Assembly: GCA_964057225.1 (NCBI GenBank)
Contig: OZ059898.1
Span: forward strand, 7,006,001-7,070,000
Origin: Auanema rhodensis
Lineage: Eukaryota; Animalia; Nematoda
Length of the DNA stretch: 64,000 nucleotides
Reading direction: 5' to 3'
The number at the start of each line of letters is the position of its first letter. Positions within the stretch are counted from its first letter, which is position 1. The position numbers were made by a program, and so were the translations under genes. The notes under the pieces were generated by a model. It was not told the DNA's origin, searched no databases, and saw nothing but the letters and a program-made list of their open reading frames with translations. This document shows positions 1 to 15,694 of this stretch, in pieces.

Positions 1-927
1 CAACCTTTTTATCAACACCACCAGTAAGCGAAATAGAGCCCTACATAATATAAGTTATTGTTTAAAAACAAAAAAAAAAGTACCGCAATATCCATGGCTG
101 TAATTCCGGGATTACCAGTACTATGTAGAGCATTATGACTATTAATTTGTTTGTAATTAGCAAAATCGTCTTGTTTAGCGAGATTTTCAGGAACACTCTT
201 TCCACGTTGCTTACGAATAGCAGTAAGAGCTCCGGCCTTATCGTCAAGCTTCTTAACAACAGATCTTGGAAGACCTAACAACAAGAACTGAATGATAGTT
301 TAACACGAGTACACAAACCTGCTTGATTCTCTTCAACACTTTGTTCCATATCTACATCACCAATTGGAACATCAACCGAACCATGAGGCTTAAGAGTAGA
401 AAGTGCTTCACGAGCAGCAGTGACTTCCTTTGATAGACGAGCAATAACTCGACAAGCAGCATCATGCTACAAACATAATTTTTTTCCAAACAAATCGAAA
501 CTATTACCTGATATAAAGAATGAGATAGTTCCTGGCGAGCTACCTGTAATTGTTGACGAAGAGAAAAACTGTTTAACATAACAGTATCAAATTCATCCTA
601 TTAACTTATAAATTAAAAAACTATAAAAACTAAATTATAAACCTGCAGTTGTTTGAGAAGAGATGGAATGGAGGTTTGAGATGTATTTCGAACGGTAGCA
701 GTAGCAGGATCAACTTTTAAGTCAATGAGCTAAAATTCAAATAAAGGTAAATATAATTATAAAAATAATTCTCTCACTTGTTCCTCAGAAAGTTTTTCAG
801 ATGATATAGGATCACTTCCATTTTCACTAATGTATTTGAGGATAAGACGTTTTTCGAAAATATGACCAGATGGAGATACTACAGGCTCAGTAGTTTGTTC
901 TCCACTAATAGCACAAATAAATACCAT
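1..927 (-). CDS. prp-19: Pre-mRNA-processing factor 19 (U-box/coiled-coil/WD40); multi-exon, 3' end runs off the window
   Basis: ATG at 927 gives [42 protein letters not shown] (U-box). Later exons give [38 protein letters not shown]|[11 protein letters not shown], the Prp19 signature. Confidence 0.96.
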
Positions 928-1567
928 TCTATCTAAATAAAAGCTTTTTATTGTTAAAATATCACATAATATTCATATTATCTAAAATAATTTAGAGAAA
1001 AAGACACAATTTCTCAATCTTTTGAACATGCTCGCAAATTTTGAATGTTTGGCTGTTGTCCAAAAAGTGTACGCGTACACTTAACATTAGAGCGATTATT
1101 TCTCAATGCAGCATACTACTTGTATTCCTTTTGAAAATAACATTTTATAGCTCATCTTTTCTGACAATGGATGTTGTAGAGTAGAATATATTTTTAATAT
1201 GTATGGTGGTCAGTTCAGATTTATACATACATTAAGACTTTGCTTGTTCGAACTTGTGTGCAAGTGTTTTAATATGTATACTGTAGTCTTAAGGCTTTTT
1301 AGTTAACGTAGTTTTACTTGATTGGAAATATAGTTTTAGTGATTACTTAGTATTCTAATTATCTTGAACTTCCAATGAGTGAAAGATTATAAGTACAAAT
1401 GTTCAAAATAACTAGATTTATATCATTATAACGGTCGAAGTATAGGGGGTCGGACAGGGTACAAAGTCCATCGTAGTCCATGCTGTTATCTTCTTTCTCC
1501 AGATATTTTATACATTTTGCTGTTGTCGTGAGCTTTCGAACAAAATATGAATTTTTAAAATTTTCAG

Positions 1568-3368
1568 ATGTTCCGTGCTAAGTCTTGTTCTATCAATTTA
1601 GCTCGTTCCTTTGCCAATGCTGCTAAAAAGGAACGAGTTGGTCCAAATATCGTTCTTGTTGATGCAGTTAGGTATAAATTTTGTTTAAAAATAGCTTTTT
1701 TTTACTGATGCGTTTGATTGAAGAACTCCCTTTGTCGTGTCCGGAACAGTATTCAAGGATTTGATGGCTGTTGATTTACAAAAAGAAGCAATCAAAGGTT
1801 TTTTTCTTTATTTTTAAGAGTTCATTTTTTTAATTCAGCTTTAATTGCTCGTACCAACATTCCTTATAACAATATTGATCATATTATTTGCGGAACTGTT
1901 ATTCAAGAATGCAAAACCAGCAACATCGCAAGAGAAGCAGCACTTTTAGCCGGTGTTCCAGATAAGGTAATATATTAAAACTATCCAGTATTAATTGGCT
2001 TTATATAAAGATTCCTGCTCATACTGTAACATTGGCTTGTATTTCCGCTAACGTCGCCATGACCACTGGAATGGGAATGTTAGCTACAGGAAATGCTAAT
2101 GCTATAATTGCTGGAGGAGTTGAACTTTTATCTGATGTGCCCATCAGATACAACAGAAAGGTTAATCAGCATATCTGAATATAATATATAATGCGTCTTT
2201 GTTTCAGGCTAGAAAGGCTATGTTGGGGCTTCAGAAGGCTAAGGATCTTGGATCTAAATTGAAAATTGGTGGAGAGATTCTCAAGAATATTGCTTCTCCC
2301 GAACTTCCAGCTGTAGCTGAGTTCTCTACCGGAGAAACCATGGGTCACAGTGGTGATCGCCTTGCTGCTGCGTTCAATGTTTCTCGAAGGTACGCTAGTT
2401 AGTTTTAGCTGTTATATTCAAATGTTTTAGAGAGCAAGATGAGTTTGCAATTCGTTCTCACACTCTTGCTAAGAAAGCTGCTGATGCTGGAAAATTAGAA
2501 GATCTTGTTCCAGTTTTCTTGGATGGCAAGAAACCCCAGACTATTAAAGTATGACTGCGTACATTGTTCTTTATACTTTGTACTATTCTAGGCTGATAAT
2601 GGAATTCGAGTTTCCACTATTGAAAAGCTATCTTCTTTGAAACCAGCTTTCATTAAGCCACATGGAACTGTTACAGCTGGTACCGATTATTAATTATATA
2701 TATATATATATGACTACTTTTTGATTTTAGCTAACGCTTCCTACTTAACCGATGGAGCTTCTGCTGCTCTTATTATGACCGAAGAGTTTGCCCTTGCTAA
2801 TGGTTATAAGCCAAAGGCATATCTTAGAGATTTTATGTATGTTGCTCAAGATCCTAAAGATCAACTTCTTCTATCTCCTGCTTACGTTATTCCTAAGCTT
2901 TTAGACAAGGTTAACTTGACGTCTAATAAACACATTTTTTGTTTTCAATTTAGGCCGGACTAGGTCTGAAAGATGTTGATGTTTTTGAAATTCATGAAGC
3001 CTTTGCTGGACAAGTGTTAGCTAATCTCAATGCTCTGGACAGTGATTTCTTCTGCAAAGTGAGTATTATTTCGCATTATTCTCTATACAAGTGCTCATTA
3101 AGGAAAACATGGGACGTAAAGGGAAATTCGGACGTTTGGACATGAACAAAATTAATAACTGGGGTGGATCTTTGTCCATTGGACATCCATTCGGTGCTAC
3201 TGGGGTAAGACTCGCTGCACATGCTGCTGGACGTTTAAAGGTATCAATTTTTATCTGAGCTAAGTGAAATATTTTTTAAAGGAAGAGAAAGGACAATACG
3301 CTGTCATTGCTGCATGTGCGGCCGGAGGTCACGGAGTTGGAATGTTGATAGAAGCATATGGAAAGTAA
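1568..3368 (+). CDS. HADHB: Mitochondrial trifunctional enzyme beta subunit (3-ketoacyl-CoA thiolase), 11 exons
   Basis: TTTTCAG directly before ATG 1568. Spliced motifs: [75 protein letters not shown]. Stop TAA 3366-3368. Confidence 0.96.
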
Positions 3369-4999
3369 AAAAAACAAGGGTAGTCAAATTATTTATTTCT
3401 TGACTTCAATTTTATAGTATAATCAATTTATTGTTGTATCATAGTTTATTCGCAAGATGAGTAATGTTATAATGAGTAGATCTTGAGGACTTTGTACCCC
3501 ATTGTCCTTTCTGTGTATATTCCTGGGACTGATGCTCAAATAAATTATTTTTTTCTCGTTTTTTATACTAGTTTTTATTTATGAAAGTTGTTCTTTTGGT
3601 TAAAAAGTTCATGATTGTCTAGCAGATACTCTACGCTAATGCTCACTGTTGCTAACAATTGAAAGAGTTGTGTAATATCCAGGATTTTTTTTTCGATTTC
3701 TGGTTATCATTTTAAAGATAGAAGATTTTTTTGAAGGTTTCAAGAATTTTGTTAAACTCTTAATCTTGAAAAGTTGTTGTAGGCCGTCTTATTCACCCGA
3801 GATATCGTTTTAGTATGTACAGTTTTAATATGAAATGTTATTCCCTTCTCCGGTTACATTTTCGTTGATATATTACTTGAAAAGAAAGGCCGACTGGAAT
3901 GAACTGAAAAGCACGTATCGATATGTCGAAAGTTGAAGTGTAAGGATGATTTCTTGTCAAGTTCTTATCAAACTAGCCAAGAGTTTGCAGACAGGTAGCT
4001 GTTTAAACAAGGTGATTTGAAAATTTGCATGGAACGAAAACTAACGATAGAAAATTGCATTAATTCTAACTAAAGGCATACTTTGATTATCCAACCAAAT
4101 TTGGGCGTTTATGCTTTCATTTTAGTAGTTTAGACTGAAGAACAGTCGTTCGTCTCTTCTTCCTTCCTCTCTTTCTCTCCTCTTTGGGGTTGAATAAAAG
4201 ACGAGAATCAGAGAACTATACATTCAATCTAAAGGTAGACACGCAGAGCCAGACCCAATCGGCCTCTCTCCTTCCAGCATCTGCAAGCAGCAGACAGCAG
4301 TCATTGTAGCTGCCTCAACCACAAGCCGTTTAGTTTAGAAAGAAGCTGAGGAAGCTTGTCTGAAGAATAAATTTCTCTATCTATTGGAAATCCTAACTGC
4401 TCGTACGATTTATCTGTGTTTTATTTTTTAATAATATTGGTATATATACATTTTCTGTAACTGTTATGAATTATGTCTTTTATTATGATTTATTCATTAA
4501 AATTTTCTGAATTAAAAGATATTTTTGAAAAATCTTTCTGATAGTTTAATATTTTTGTACTATTTCCTTATATTTCCAATAAAATTTTGATGAGCACGCA
4601 ATATATTTTTGATAAAATTCTATAATTTCTTTTTAAAAATCTAATATTCTTTTGCTATTCTTTTATATTTATAAATTGAATTTAAATTGTTAATTTTTAT
4701 ATTATTAATCAACAACGATTAATAAAAAAATGAAGATGATATAGTTAATCAAAATTTTCTTATCGTTCTGTTTTTTTTCTTTTCTTAAGCTTTCTTCATT
4801 ATTTTATTTTCATTTTAATACTTTTAAACTGTGACTATGAATTTCTGTCTTGATTTCTTATCGTCTTTATAAAATCCGATCTTGTTCTATCTATTGATAC
4901 ATGTACATATATGCTTCTTAAAAATGTTCTAAAATGTATTTTTTTCAGCGTCTTATATTACATACTCATTTTAGGTCCAATTTCTGACCTAACAAGACC

Positions 5000-7900
5000 A
5001 TGTCTTCTTGGTTGGCTCAGTTGTTGGACCGAAATAGTTCTGACCCCCGACACCGTTTAGAATTAGCGGAAGCAATACTTGATGGTCTGAGTCATCATCG
5101 TCTTCCCTCTGATACTAGAACCCTTAATGATTTTTGTGATGTGGTATTTCAATGGATGTCCGGTAGTAATTTCAAGGTATATTTTCTTCTCTCAATGCTG
5201 TTGTTGCTTCTCTTACTATCATTTCGAGTTTTTATTTATTTTTTTGAGCTACAGCTCAGAATGGTTAGTTAGTTGGCTGACCCTACATAAGTAGAGCCAT
5301 TCGGAAACAACATAATCATATTTAAGAATCCCCATTCGCCTTAGCATCCAAGGTCATATGGCTCGACTAAAATTGCCTGCATTTTTCTATGCTATTACCT
5401 CCTTTTAACATATTCTGATATTTTCTTTTCTTTTGTGCTCACATTCGCCATGTTTCGATAAGACTAAGCAGAAGTGTGTATATAATACTTGTCAGAAATT
5501 GTGCATATCGTATGTATATGCTGTGACTAAATGTTCTACATATCTATGTATATATACATATCTCTCTTCCTCATGCAAGCGTATTGCTACTACCAACTAG
5601 TTTGATGAAGGCCACCTGATGTCGTTGCAAAGTCACAATCATACACTACTGCTTATGCAAATTTGAAGCAAATGCTTCAGTAAATATTGTATGTAATGGT
5701 AATAAGTAACTGTGTTGATATTATGAGAATGTATGGTTCAGAAACAAGATTAGTACAAACATAGCACACCATGATTGATCATACCATGCTTCAGCATAGT
5801 CGACTATACGTGAATGGGAAGCTTTAAATAGTTCATGATAAGAAATAATTACGTTTTCTCATCATCTATACATATTTTATTATGCAATCGATTTATAAAC
5901 TTAATATTTGCAATGAAACAAAAGAACAATTTTAAAAGCGAAAGGAATGTTGACACCTTTTTGCTATAGGTTATAGATAATTTCAATTACGCAATCAAGC
6001 GAAATAATAAAGGGATATCTATGAACGTCTCCTGGCAATTATTAAAACTAATAATAAATTATCGTTCAAAATTATATAATGACATTTTATTAAATAAGTT
6101 AGACAACAGCATAACTTTTTACATTACAATCATTAAATAATGTTTTTCTTCAGGTATGCTTACAAGCTCTTGAAATTATGCATAGTGCACTAGATGTATC
6201 TGGTGATTTGTTAGCACCATATCTTCTAGATAGAACAGCGCTACTTATCGAAAGGTTATTTTATTTTTTGTTAAATTGAACATTTTCGGAATTTATTTAT
6301 GAAACTAAAAAAATATTTAGGTTAGGAGATTCAAAACAACCGGTTAGAGAAGCTACTGTTGGGCTTCTGGTAGATTTGGCTTCCGTGCCACATTCAAGTC
6401 AGCAGGTAAAATTTTTAAGCGGTTTAAAATTGAAAATGTATGTTCTTAAGTTGGTGCTCGAAAAAGTGTCACCAGGATTCAATCATAAGCAATGGCTAGT
6501 CAAAATGACAACTATGCATTTATACAGGATATTGTTGGATGATAGGTAGGCCAATCTGAGTTAATAAAAATATTCTTAAACGAAGTATACTTTATGTTTC
6601 CTTGTAGAAATTCTGTTTATATTTTTTTCCCCGATGTTTTTATTATAGTCATGATTATTTGGAAGTTCAAACCAATCGTCTAATACCTATTCTCTGTAAA
6701 CTAACATCCGATCCAAATGCGGAAGTAAGTTTTAGCAATTTTGTTTATTTATTTTCCCGATTTTTATTTTATATTACAGTACTAAATTGTTCTTTATTTC
6801 ATAGGTTCGTGATGCATCTATGAACACACTAGCCCATGTTATGGTAGTGTTTGGCGAAAAATTAGTTACTAGCATTCGAAACAGACGTCTATTACCAGAT
6901 AATAAGTGAGCGCTCATTGTTCAAATTCCAATCACTTTTACTCATGAGTTTTCATAAATTAATAACTATAAAAGTTGGATCATTTTATAATTATCAATCA
7001 AATCTGAAAAAGAAACAGCATTATGATGCACTTTGAAATCTTAATTCATATAGTTTCTCCGAATTCAAAAGGAAGAGTGCTGGATGAATATCATGTTTTC
7101 CGCAATCTATGTTAATACCGTCTTTATCTTCATCTCATTTTCTTTCCATCATTTCGACTCCACCCTCTATGAACTTTTCACCTGATGTAAATTATGTCAG
7201 GCAGTTATAACGTTTCCAGAAGATACACGCATTGTTTGATCGTATGTGATTATCGGGGATTCGTATCTTTCCTTATTTCTATACTTAACAATGTCATACA
7301 TTCTTAATTAAAATATCTCCAATTGACTAATTGCCAAAGGAAATATTTTTAACTTTCCGCATTTTTATTTGGAAATTATACTATATCAATATGTTTCACA
7401 CATAAAAAACTTTGAATTTCAGAATGCAAGTGCTTGTTCAACGTTATGAAGAGGGTTTACGCCGTGGCGCTGTACCATCACCATTACCTCGCCCTAATAG
7501 AGCTGCTCGTGCATTAGACAGACCATTATCTTCAACTTCGCGTAATGGTATGTTTTGCATCATCAGCGTAACTTGAACACCATGACGTAACAAGGCAATC
7601 TTCGACATATTTCGAAAAGTTTCTAGATCTAAAACCATATCGGTAAAATCTATAAGATGGGGAGCATACCACGATCCTCTTAGAACATCCGCAACCATCC
7701 CTGCATTGATCGGGTTTCTATAAGTTAATAAAAATATTTCCTTTACTGTCATTAAAATATTTTTATATCAACATAAGTGATTAAATGTCTAAGATAAGTT
7801 CATCCATATCACCTAGAAGGTTTCCTATTTTAGTAAAAAATCTATTATAAATTAGAAGCGGATAACACTTATCACTTCATGAAAATAGCTTTCATCTATA

Positions 7901-10900
7901 TCGTTTAATTTTCCCGCCATTTGCGTTTTGGCGCGTATACGGCCAACTATGAAAAAATACTTCACGAACCATTTATTATAATTTATGCGTATAGTTATAT
8001 TTTGGGATTATAAACTTGGGGGTAGGGTGATGGCAGGGCGAGTTTTAAAGAAAATTAAAACTTTCTGAACTACTAATCTTGCTAATGAGTTGAAAACAAA
8101 CTATTACAATGAAATGACAGTGAAACGTTTGCCGAAAAAATGTTAGTTTATATCAATTTAAGAATCGCTTCATTTTGAATATTTACCGAGTTCTTATTTT
8201 GTATACTTTTCAACTATTTTAATTAAATTAATCATTATTATATTATTTCACTTACTCGCGCGCAGAACTATGAGGCGCGCGGAGTATCTGGCGCGCGGTG
8301 ACTTGGGCCCATCCTTGCAAGCGCGTGAGTTCATGCGTGCAAAGATTTATGCTGTACTTAAATTTTTAATACATTATTGCCTTTTTGGTTCAAAATAATA
8401 CTTAATTTTCAGAGCCTTCAATGTCTTTCAAGGCACCTCAGTTACCGTATGGAAGAGTAGGTTAGTTTATTTTTGCTTTAATTTGAAACAATTTTTAATA
8501 ATATCTGAATTACCTATGATTTTATCCTGCTAAAGAAAAGTTTTGTAAATTTTGAAGTACCCCTTCTTAAACTTATTCCACATCAAATAGACTTGACTGT
8601 TGACACACCTTGTAATTGATTGAAAGTTTGCTGTTCTATTGCTTCAATATATTCAACATATACTTTCCTGTTTCTCTCATTTTAAACTTATGATTGAAAG
8701 AAGTTATTTTCTGAATTGAAAACGATTGAAGAACGCGTTTATGATACGTACGATTTGTGTCGTTGCGCTATCCATTAGTTTTCTGCGACCTTAATCAATG
8801 AAAATTGCTATTTTCAATCATTTATTGGCTCTTAAATGTTAAACTTACATATTTGTTATTATTTTTTACTATCTTACAGGGTTAAACGATCAAGAAAACC
8901 GTGTTAGGCCTATGTCTACACCAAAGGGAGGCATACCAACATTAAAATCAGGTTCGTATTTTATAATATCAGGTGTTTCAGCCTTGTAAAATAAAACATA
9001 ATATATAATATATAAAATTAATAGTGGGCTTACCTCCTCGACCTAATGGTACCCGCCGGGGTAGTACAGGTACCGTTATAAAATAATGTTGCTTAGTAAA
9101 TCATAGAGCACATTACGCAAACATAACACACTGCCATTTATGTCAATGTCTGATTAGTTAAAGATGTCCTTGTACACCCTAGCTTGCTACAAACGATTTT
9201 ATGCTTTTTACAAAAATATACACTTACAGGAACAGCTGGAGCAGTGACAGAAGATGAACTAAGAAAATCTTTTACTTTGGTTCCAAAATGCCAGGTTTAT
9301 ATTTTTTCATTTACTTATAATACATTTATTTATTCTAAAGATTAATAGCCCCCATGACATTGTGCAACAATTGGAGAATATACGTAGTGTACTAGATAAT
9401 CAAAACGCAGATTGGAATAAACGTGTGAATTCGGTTTGCAATAAAGTTTTTTATCTTCATGTATGTGCTTTTTCTTTTAGCTTAAATTGCTTAGATCTAT
9501 CATTATTAATGGAGCTATGGACTTTGAGGATGATCTTCTGAACGCACTCCGTAGTTTAGATGACGCCATGAAGCTCAGTGTTTCTGATTTACGATCGCAA
9601 GTGTGCCGGGAGGCTTGTACCACGTTATGGTAAGATATATTACAATATATATATATAATTTTTATTGATTTTTAGTTTTCTATCTGAAAGATTAGGATCC
9701 AAGTTGTTACCCTTATTTATACAAGTTTTGCCTACATGTATCAACCTTATTCTAAATAGCGCTAAAGTAATGGCTACTTCCGGAGTCCAGGCTTGTGAAT
9801 TCATCGTTAGAGTAAGTAGTTTATGAAGTGTTTTTTATAATTCTCTTCTTATAGAATGTTGAACATCCTAAAATTGTACCCATTATTCTTCAAAGTGTTA
9901 CTCACAAGTCTAAAGATATTAGAAGGTATTCGTGGCTTAGAAATTCTTCAATTAATATTAAACTATTAGACAAGTTCAAGTCCTTATTGCTCAAATTTTA
10001 TCGAACTGGCCTCCTAGCAAATATGAGAAGCAAATTCAATCGCTTGTTGAAGTTATCAAGGTATGTTTTTTTGCTTTTGCCTTTGCTTTAGTTTTTTTTT
10101 ATCAGTCTGGAATCGGGGATGCTGATCCCAATGCCAGGCAAGCTGCTCGACTATCGTACCAACAGTTAGAGATTCATTTTCCTTCTCATGCTCAAGCATT
10201 GTTTAAAGTGGGGTTTATTCTTGTGTTCTCTTATTTCTCTTATACTTATATTAGACTCTTGATCCATCTCGTCAAAAAATGCTGAGTGGGGGAGCATCCG
10301 CTGCGTCGTCTTCTCAGTCAATCACTAGCCTCAAAGATGGCTTACATATAAACAGAAGACCTGGGCCTGGTCTGAATCGCCCGGGGGGTAATTATGATAT
10401 TTTTTACTCTATATATTTTTAACGAATTGAAGCATTTTTCTCTGGGAGATCTGCGTCTGCCATTGATACTCAGTCGGTATCCAGAGTTACTACGCCTATT
10501 AAAAGTTCTTTGATATCCACACCTCGAACAGGTAATATGATCGTTTGTATTTTTACAAATGTCTGGGTTTTTTAGGTTTGAAACCTAATGTTGTGAGGAC
10601 AAATATGAATTTTACTCCTCGAAGAGGAACACCTCTTCGACAAAATACGAATACAGTTGCAATGAATTCATCAAATGCTAGTGTATCACAACGTAAGGTA
10701 AAAAAACTGTATCAGCAATCAGAGTTTGTTTTAGCTGGATCCCGTAGTAATTCCCCTTCTAGAAGGCTCAATGCTCCCACTCAAATTGGAAAAGGAATGA
10801 ATGGTTCACCTATGAATCGTGAACCTAAAAGAAATGTTGGGTATGAAAAACCGGAAGCGCAAGAATTATTCGCAGCCATAGTTTGTTTTTTTTTGTTTTT

Positions 10901-13414
10901 GGTTTATTTTAAACTATATTTTTAGAAAAACTTGTCTCTGAATACAAGTGCTAATGATGATGAGGAAGACTTCTTGTTGGGGCCCCGATCAAGATTGGAT
11001 AATGCTCAATTGAACGTGGCACTCCGTGGTTGTTCTTCTGCAAATGTTTCTGAAAAACGTGAAGGCCTGAAAACCATGCAAGATTTAATGAGGTTTGTAT
11101 ATTGTTATTATTCTCAATATTATTTACGAATCAGGGCTGGAAAACAGTTTGCTCTTCCTGAAGTTAAATCAATGGCTGATACGTTTGTCAAACTACTGTC
11201 AGAAGGTAATCACAAGGTAAGATTTATTTTATTTTATAGCTTTGCTTATTATAAACCTGGTTTAAGCTTATGTCATCACTTATTGAAACATTTAATGATT
11301 TTGTACGTTTGTATCATCCTATGCTCAGTGATACTCTACAAATTCTACTACATAAACTAATATACAAACATTCTTCTGAGTTATTGCCGACCAGCAAGGT
11401 TTTCATTTCTCGTTATGATAATTCGATTATAAAATTTTTACTAATTCAGAATTCATTGGAGTCAGCATTGAAGACAATAAGGGAAAATTTTAATCCTAAA
11501 GTTCAGCTTCAGAGCATTTGTAAAGTTATTCATGATAGCCCAATATCTTCTCCAACAGTTAAGGTATTTCTATCTTATTGTTCAGAATAACTTAAAATAA
11601 TTATTCAGGCGAAGCACGGTATGCTTATTTATTTGTTAGAACTGCTCGAATCTTCTCATGATCCTCTCGAATTGAATACTGAAGAGCTTAGATCAGTTCT
11701 TAATAAAATGTTCCATTGGATGGAAGATCCCAAATGCACATTGTTGCTGACTGTGAGTTGTTCCCATTACTCTTAATTCAAATATTTTTCTTCTAGACAT
11801 GCTCAAACATTTTTTCCGCTATGTTTCACAGAAATGTTGCTGATTTTTCATCACTTCTTAACCGTTTCGAGCAACACAAAAGGGATCTTGCTCATGAGCT
11901 TTTAAAGAGAAAGAATCCGTAAGTTTTTTTTTCAAAAAGTTGCAGCTTATTGCCGATCGCATTAGAATTTTTCTCTTGTCCAATTCCTATGCCATTATGT
12001 ATGTATGAAATGTATCTTCACACAATTTCACAGTGAATGTGATGCCATATATTTCACATTGACACTCTGCGTATGCTTAGATTACACATTCTTGCAGAGA
12101 ATCGACTTTGCCATACGAAGCAGTTGAACCAGAGCCGGTCGATCAAGTGGACAGTAGACATTCAAATTACATGTTGGGATCTCACTATAATGATTCGCTC
12201 AGGTCTACTGATCGATCTCGCCTAAGTGACACTTCAGCGAATTCTTCTAAGGTAAGCTTTTATCTTTTTCACTAAACTATGGCTTATTCTTCATTTCAAA
12301 ATGGTTTTATGTTAAAATCATATTGTATATACTTAGGTTATTCTGGATTCTACAATTCATTTGCGTCACGATGTTAATGAGCAGAAAAACTATATTTCAC
12401 GATTATTCAACGAACTTCAAGGTGTTTCTTCGAATCCTAGCAGGTATGCTAAATAGCTTTTTTTGCATGCAAAAATTATTCAGGAGAAGCGAACAAATTG
12501 AAGCATTAAATTTATTGCATCAAATGGTCAGTGAAGGATCGTTCAATACATGGGAAGATAATTTCAAAGCATTATTGCTCAATGTAAAAAACACTATTCT
12601 GAATATACTTCAAATATTACTTTTTTAAGACTTTTGATGCTTTAGCTGTTGATGATGGAAACTTGAAGAAAAGTGCATTAAGGTTACTCACTAAAACATG
12701 GTAGAACTGAAACAAAGACTTCTTGCATAATATTTTCTTTAAGTTTATCACAAGCTTCAAGATTCATTGATCTAGCTGAAATAACGCTGATGAAAGTATT
12801 GAATTCTGTAGATGCTTCTGACGAGGATAAAAGTAAAAACATGGTATATTTAATTATTTTGTTTTCATATTATGAAAATATATTTTAGTTGCTAATTAAC
12901 ACTGCTGAGGAATGTATGAAAGTTCTAGCAACTCATCTTCCTCCACACATTGTTTTACGTGTTGTCTTACCAATGATTAAAAATATCGTGAGAAATGCTT
13001 TAAATTTTGGTTTTTGTATAAGAAATTTTTTTTTCAGAATAGTAAGCAAACAGCGTTTGCATTAAAAATGATTGAGCGATTGGTTGAGGCTATGGATCCT
13101 GAAGAATTTAGTCCCTTCCTCCCTGAAGTAGCCCCTGGAGTTGTACAAGTATGTTTTCTTTAGCCCATCTCAAACTCATTTCAAATTTAGTGTTACCCAA
13201 GTACTATTTCTTCTGTTCGTAAAAATTGTATATTCTGCCTGGTTGCACTTGTTCATAAATTAGGAAAAGATCCAATGGATCCTTATATGGATAAATTAGA
13301 GCAAAAGGGTGTAAGTCAATTGATCAGAATTTCTTTTTTTTAATTATTATTTTCTAGCAAAAACTAATTGAAGTTTACGTGTATAGACGACAGACGGCTT
13401 CTACGCATTTTTAA
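5000..13414 (+). CDS. cls-1: CLASP microtubule regulator (TOG1, TOG2, TOG3-like, C-terminal HEAT), many exons
   Basis: Exons give WMSGSNFKV, RLGDSKQPVRE, LTSDPNAEVRD, NADWNKRVNS, SDLRSQVCREAC, GDADPNARQAAR and SSVRKNCIFCLV, typical of CLASP TOG/HEAT repeats. Stop TAA 13412-13414. Confidence 0.92.
7905..8345 (+). promoter_or_regulatory. Putative internal CLASP promoter (E2F-like and GCGCG motif cluster)
   Basis: TTTTCCCGCCA (~7909), TTTTGGCGCG (~7926) and four GCGCG blocks at 8256-8326 in an otherwise very AT-rich intron, just upstream of exon 8413-8460 which carries an in-frame ATG at 8421. Confidence 0.5.
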
Positions 13415-13812
13415 ACCTTTCATTCTCGGCGCTAGCTTACATATTAACAGTGTTATGAACTTGTTACATGCAATTATCTATTCGAGATTGTACGCTAATA
13501 GCCTACCCGATCTCATACCGGTGTTCGCATAAAAGCGAAAAACAGTAACCTTGAATTAATAACTCTTTCTATCATCCCGAAAAACAATGGCTATTTGATA
13601 TAGTTATTGGTATAAAACAAATTTGCTTTCTCATGTCTTGTATGTTTTATCGAAATTCTTACAAAATTTGTTCCATGTTTCTTTGAGACTACGTAAAGTT
13701 TTTATTGTTGGCCGGCATTCCTTTTATTTATGCAAAGTACGTGTCATGACGAAATAAATACCGTTCAATTTTAAATAAATATGTTCTGCATACGATTAGT
13801 AAAATAGTGGTT

Positions 13813-15694
<1,882 letters not shown>

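Noticed and set aside
7444-7752. 102-aa minus-strand ORF and possible extra CLASP exon at 7596-7712
   Set aside because: Partly antisense to a CLASP exon, and no splice combination I tried preserved the CLASP frame.
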